IMG/VR virus record: IMGVR_UViG_3300007983_000008 | Span: 1-39,829 of that record | Length of the DNA: 39,829 nt | Reading direction: 5' to 3' (one strand) | Source of the DNA: a virus | Lineage: Duplodnaviria; Caudoviricetes | Part shown: positions 36,901 to 39,829 of the stretch, in pieces | Numbering within the stretch: the first letter of the stretch is position 1 | Layout of the letters: each line of letters begins with the position of its first letter | The notes under the pieces: generated by a model | What the model saw: the letters and a program-made list of their open reading frames with translations, nothing else | The model's database searches: none | What the model was told of the DNA's origin: nothing | Made by a program: the position numbers and the translations under genes

Positions 36901-38341
36901 AACAATGGCGACCGAAGAATCTAGTTCTTATTATACTTCCGCTGAAGTTGATTCCATATCTGATCAAATAGATTATGATATTCAGGGTGTGCAGTCAGAC
37001 GTAAACGCAAATACTAATTTGATCAGTAATATTTCCGTCGAAGCTGGTGAAGGAATAAGTGTAGTAGAATCTCCTTCTGATACTTGGACGGTTAGTGTCG
37101 ATGATTATATTTCTTCCTCTGAAGTAGAAAATATCTCAGCAAATTTAAATTCTAAATTTGGAACATTAACATTCTCTGGCGACACGATCAGCGCCGACGG
37201 CTCGACAGTGACGATCGATGATGATCTGTCTATCAGTTCAGACCTACTCACCATAGGCGACTGGCGTTTAGATGTCGCCGCCGGCAACACGATGAATATC
37301 GACTCAAATTCCTCCACGGCGTATCTGCGGATGCGAGACTGGTCCTCTGACAGCCTCGGTTACATGGGGTTCTCGACCACTGGATTCCAGGTCTACAATC
37401 CTGACTCCTCACACCTCGCTTTCGAGGTCAACGTGGCTGACGGTGTTGGTGGCGATGAGTCTGGTAACACCGCGAATCTACGGAGGAACACCAACGTCAA
37501 TGGTTCTCTAGTCGGGTATCAGATGGGAGCGGAGGACTCCGTTAATGCACAGAAGATTTACGGCGGTATTTTTGCTCAGATCGATGACAACACTGCCGGT
37601 GCTCATGACGGTGCATTGGCTATGTATGTGGCCGATGGCGGCTCTCTATCGAGAATCGTAGACCTAACGCCGAATGGCATGGCCCTCGCCAGCGGCAAGA
37701 CGATTACCTCGCCAGATGGCGATACCACCCATACGCTTGGCCGTGCGGCAATCGGCTACAATGGCGGTGACTCGGACGCTGCCAGTTTTGGACATCGTGA
37801 TCACACAACTGGAGGCGGCTACGCAGTCCAACACTCGACCACTGGCAACCTGTTTCTGAACTGCGAGTCAGGTCAAAACATCTACTTCCGGGAGAACGAC
37901 AGCAATGTTGTTTTGATGGATGATGAAGGGTTCTATTTTGCCGCCGGTAAGGGGTTCCGATTCGGTGCCACTGGGGATGTGCTGGATTCTTATCAAAAGC
38001 CCGACAATACATGGACGCCAACGGGAAATGGCATTGTCTTCGACAGTGCCGCCGGAGACTATGGTCGAATTGGGGGCCTGGAGTTCGTTGGTGGCTTTGT
38101 TACGTTCCCTACAACATCCAGCACTAGCATCGCTAGTATAAGCGGTATTCCATCTAACCCTGTTGGGCAAACTTGGCGTGGCGTCACTCCCGTAGGATAC
38201 ACCAATGGCGGCTCACCGCTCTCGATCCTTCTTTCCACGTCTGGCAATGAAGCAATTATTCGAAAAACAGATGGGACAGCCTATAATAACGCAGATCTGT
38301 CTGGCGCTACTATCTATTTTGGTTTTATATTGAGGTATTGA
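33947..38341 (+). CDS. Long mosaic tail fibre / adhesin-like protein
   Basis: LVPDASGVYDLGS, ANGYASLDSNAKIP, YQGTW...GDWLI...WQKVDNTDAV, VFGRLGNV, C-terminal WTP...GDYGRIG beta domain; alternating AT- and GC-rich blocks. Confidence 0.8.
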   Translation: MANRAGFRKGGLELGKKSSFDASNPDTITIQSDSSGTLYSVDENGIETEIGTGSLSGSCTQLTNNGIDISTMELSGGVPTSLVPDASGVYDLGSPDLPWRSGYFSENSLYLGDNKLSTENGTLKLNDEFIRSNIGTQQVPARSSILTMSEDQTTDLSVGDAIKFNQIEGDHELDASTFRVKVKAGAVAFLEASIYCSYTTTSNAFVRYVWYDTTASVFVGAKALCLGNNSSQDASQQTTAMARVTPSVDTEYELRIENSNEVAGVFAARSWAAVTEMPAANGNISNVVGSDEGTDKSSYLVDNFSGSKHLTAHGSFLGSLSNGLTHIFVNGERTPSDYYYQRDLVDNGSGDTGEGSSSYFLEAQSNQICRFTAEVIIGENGKPLITIHGSRVFDSSQLADWKTSIQYVGGSTFTEITSIEIVFSDSPTTITTLVPVASGWLKVIDPTVAQTGAPDLWEDAEYRIPGRWHKTGSDAFVPVYRLEKPMTAQPNASTAQVAHGLSNIDEVLSAGVRYKDAAGDYFFVAGSDQDDEYASLDSTNLEWTSTQDRTTSVDPHMVVEYTKTTDTPVTRSETAGNGGSGGGFTPLEGEGITITSSGSDYVFSVDDYISSSEVENISSNLQTQIDNISGSSDLYILSSGDTLTGQLTISDSGSIVPQNDNVVTIGTSANRFSDIWAEEVHVGASSLYVNGKKVLEDVSDTITISTEIDQNLAIKTSGMGNTNISSAESINLDISDTNGSNIVLSNTSNNGNINLQSNNQINLTGTIRANGNLIETQNNKSVANGYASLDSNAKIPASELPDSIVGQVSYQGTWAPSTNTPSVSNPPDSLTKGYYYVCADSGTQFGIDFQTGDWLISNGTIWQKVDNTDAVMTVFGRLGNVVAISGDYTGSQITNVPSGNVTSTNTQGAINELDTRITNLDVGVEEVIGGNKLTASTVGGTVTIDHDETTVSEASPAGGYGPDYIEGIGYDDYGHVNTIITSSLGTMATEESSSYYTSAEVDSISDQIDYDIQGVQSDVNANTNLISNISVEAGEGISVVESPSDTWTVSVDDYISSSEVENISANLNSKFGTLTFSGDTISADGSTVTIDDDLSISSDLLTIGDWRLDVAAGNTMNIDSNSSTAYLRMRDWSSDSLGYMGFSTTGFQVYNPDSSHLAFEVNVADGVGGDESGNTANLRRNTNVNGSLVGYQMGAEDSVNAQKIYGGIFAQIDDNTAGAHDGALAMYVADGGSLSRIVDLTPNGMALASGKTITSPDGDTTHTLGRAAIGYNGGDSDAASFGHRDHTTGGGYAVQHSTTGNLFLNCESGQNIYFRENDSNVVLMDDEGFYFAAGKGFRFGATGDVLDSYQKPDNTWTPTGNGIVFDSAAGDYGRIGGLEFVGGFVTFPTTSSTSIASISGIPSNPVGQTWRGVTPVGYTNGGSPLSILLSTSGNEAIIRKTDGTAYNNADLSGATIYFGFILRY
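35693..35809 (+). repeat. 39-aa shared module (copy 2); partial third copy at about 37040-37147
   Basis: 35-bp exact DNA identity between 35762-35796 and 37100-37134. Confidence 0.95.
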
Positions 38342-38342
38342 G

Positions 38343-38813
38343 ATGAACAAAGAACACAAAATCACATATCAAGACAAGTCGATGTGCTGTCACGATGATC
38401 TGATCGAAAGCAATTTCGGCACGCTTGATGGCTTCAAATCACATTTCGCTACAGAGTGGGGATGCACGGTCGAAGAACTGACCTACGAAGAAATAGATCT
38501 TACTCCTCTGGAAATTAAAAAATTGATAGATGCAGAATGGAAAAAAGCAAATGACTATGCTTTATCTCTAGTAGATAGAAACATGAGGGAAAAATGCCTA
38601 AATATTAAAGGTGACGTTGCTTTAGGTAAATTCCCTTCCGAACATCCTATTTTGGATATAATCTCCCAATATGATTCGGCTGTTTCTGGTGTATGGCCTC
38701 AATATTATGAAAATAAAGGAAAAATCAAAAATGGTGAATCCCCTATAGAATATACTTCTCCTCAAATTCCTACCGAAGAAGAATTTAATTCTATACTATA
38801 CGGAACACCGTGA
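38343..38813 (+). CDS. Hypothetical protein, possible tail fibre assembly chaperone
   Basis: Directly follows the fibre gene; size and helical C-terminal half fit, but the call is positional only. Confidence 0.5.
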   Translation: MNKEHKITYQDKSMCCHDDLIESNFGTLDGFKSHFATEWGCTVEELTYEEIDLTPLEIKKLIDAEWKKANDYALSLVDRNMREKCLNIKGDVALGKFPSEHPILDIISQYDSAVSGVWPQYYENKGKIKNGESPIEYTSPQIPTEEEFNSILYGTP

Positions 38814-38830
38814 AAGAAGGAATTTAAAAT

Positions 38831-39166
38831 ATGTATGAAAAAACAATTGCAAATGATCATTTAATATTTGAAGTTAATTTAACAAGTACACCAACTCTTG
38901 CTATAAATCTATTATCACCAACTGATCTAGAAGAATATCAAAATAAACTTAATACATCAGTCCTTGGATATCCAAATGGATATAAACGTATTGTTATAGA
39001 TGGATATATTGTTGGAACGACTACTGTTGAAGTTTCTCATAAATTTGATGGTGTATTTGACTCTATTGCAGCTAATATTCAATATACGTTTCCTATTTCT
39101 GATTGGTTAAATAAATCTTATATCAAAGGTTCAGGTCCTGCAATTATTAGAATTTTCTTTTCTTAA
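38831..39166 (+). CDS. Hypothetical protein
   Basis: SD AAGGA and ORF. Confidence 0.6.
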   Translation: MYEKTIANDHLIFEVNLTSTPTLAINLLSPTDLEEYQNKLNTSVLGYPNGYKRIVIDGYIVGTTTVEVSHKFDGVFDSIAANIQYTFPISDWLNKSYIKGSGPAIIRIFFS

Positions 39167-39178
39167 TGAGAACTATAA

Positions 39179-39703
39179 ATGAAAAATTTATTAATAACAA
39201 TATTTCTTTTAATCATCATTTTATTTACGATATATTTAGGTATAAACGTATTTAACCCTAATTTATTAAATACTCCATATATAGATATTCCTACAATCCC
39301 ACCTATGTATGTTGAATATATAAAATATGGATGGGCTACTCCTTTATTTATTAGTGGGGCTATATCAACATTTTATAGAAGAACCAATATTAATGTATCT
39401 AATAAAATATATAATATTGAAATAAATGAAGGTAATAATATTTTATTTAAAGAAAATTTTAAAAATTGTACCATAAATGTAGGAAAATCACCTGATAATG
39501 ATATAGTATTACAATATAAATTTTTCCCTGAAAAATTATTCAAAATTGTGTTTGAAGAAGAACCAACAATTGAACTTGTATCTGAAAAAATTCCTTGTCA
39601 TATAAATAGACAAAAAATGTTTAAAAATATTAAATATAAAATTTCCTCTAAAGATATTATACAAATAGGTAAAGTAAAAATATATATAAATACTCTTCAG
39701 TGA
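39179..39703 (+). CDS. Membrane-anchored protein with a degenerate FHA-like domain
   Basis: N-terminal hydrophobic helix; INVGKSPDNDIVL and DIIQIGKVKIYI resemble the ends of an FHA domain. Confidence 0.55.
   Translation: MKNLLITIFLLIIILFTIYLGINVFNPNLLNTPYIDIPTIPPMYVEYIKYGWATPLFISGAISTFYRRTNINVSNKIYNIEINEGNNILFKENFKNCTINVGKSPDNDIVLQYKFFPEKLFKIVFEEEPTIELVSEKIPCHINRQKMFKNIKYKISSKDIIQIGKVKIYINTLQ
39685..39692 (+). promoter_or_regulatory. T4-type late promoter
   Basis: TATAAATA upstream of AAGGGA and ATG 39741. Confidence 0.7.
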
Positions 39704-39740
39704 AACGTAGTTTAATTACCATTGAAGGGAATAATATAAT

Positions 39741-39829
39741 ATGGCAATTTATCATCCAGGAAGACCCACAATATCTACTAGTACTGGATCAATATCTGGT
39801 GACTTTGTAACAATTGATACTAATCAAAC
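39741..39829 (+). CDS. Partial late gene (MAIYHPGRPTISTSTGSISGDFVTIDTNQ...), runs off the window
   Basis: Late promoter, SD and an open frame to the window end. Confidence 0.6.
   Translation, partial: MAIYHPGRPTISTSTGSISGDFVTIDTNQ

Noticed and set aside
37674-38247. Several short alternative-frame ORFs in the GC-rich fibre tip
   Set aside because: Higher GC lowers stop-codon frequency; there are no translation signals.
30447-38341. Diversity-generating retroelement or invertible shufflon in the fibre genes
   Set aside because: No reverse transcriptase or recombinase in the window; the repeats are direct, and their differences are synonymous rather than adenine-specific.
141-39703. Stop-codon reassignment suggested by the release factor gene
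   Set aside because: Core genes are full length in code 11, TGA and TAA both end conserved genes, and no gene needs TAG or TGA read-through.

Overview
An AT-rich fragment of a large T4-like (myovirus-type) phage genome, read in standard code 11. It carries gp55, gp47/gp46, a class II (B12) ribonucleotide reductase, uvsW/uvsY, RuvC, RNase H, gp4, the head module (portal gp20, gp67-like, protease gp21, scaffold gp22, major capsid gp23), two Hef-like homing endonuclease genes and two mosaic tail-fibre-like genes. Many T4 late promoters (TATAAATA) are present. Best observations: (1) a truncated RF1-type release factor (PxT and GGQ motifs) that can only be made through a prfB/RF2-style +1 frameshift cassette (internal SD + CUU-UGA-C), placed at a non-homologous position; (2) an intact IS200/IS605 element (TnpA+TnpB, TAM TTTAT) sitting where the nuclease domain of a homing endonuclease has been lost, plus a 49-bp left-end/right-end fusion mini-element 22 kb away; (3) a 30-aa copy of the predicted mature N-terminus of the capsid protein inside an unrelated acidic protein; (4) repeated promoter-in-hairpin designs that occlude ribosome-binding sites; (5) late-expressed multi-enzyme polyproteins; (6) a ~300-nt structured non-coding region next to an AT-rich, origin-like tract. 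All calls come from motif reading by eye; no database searches were run.
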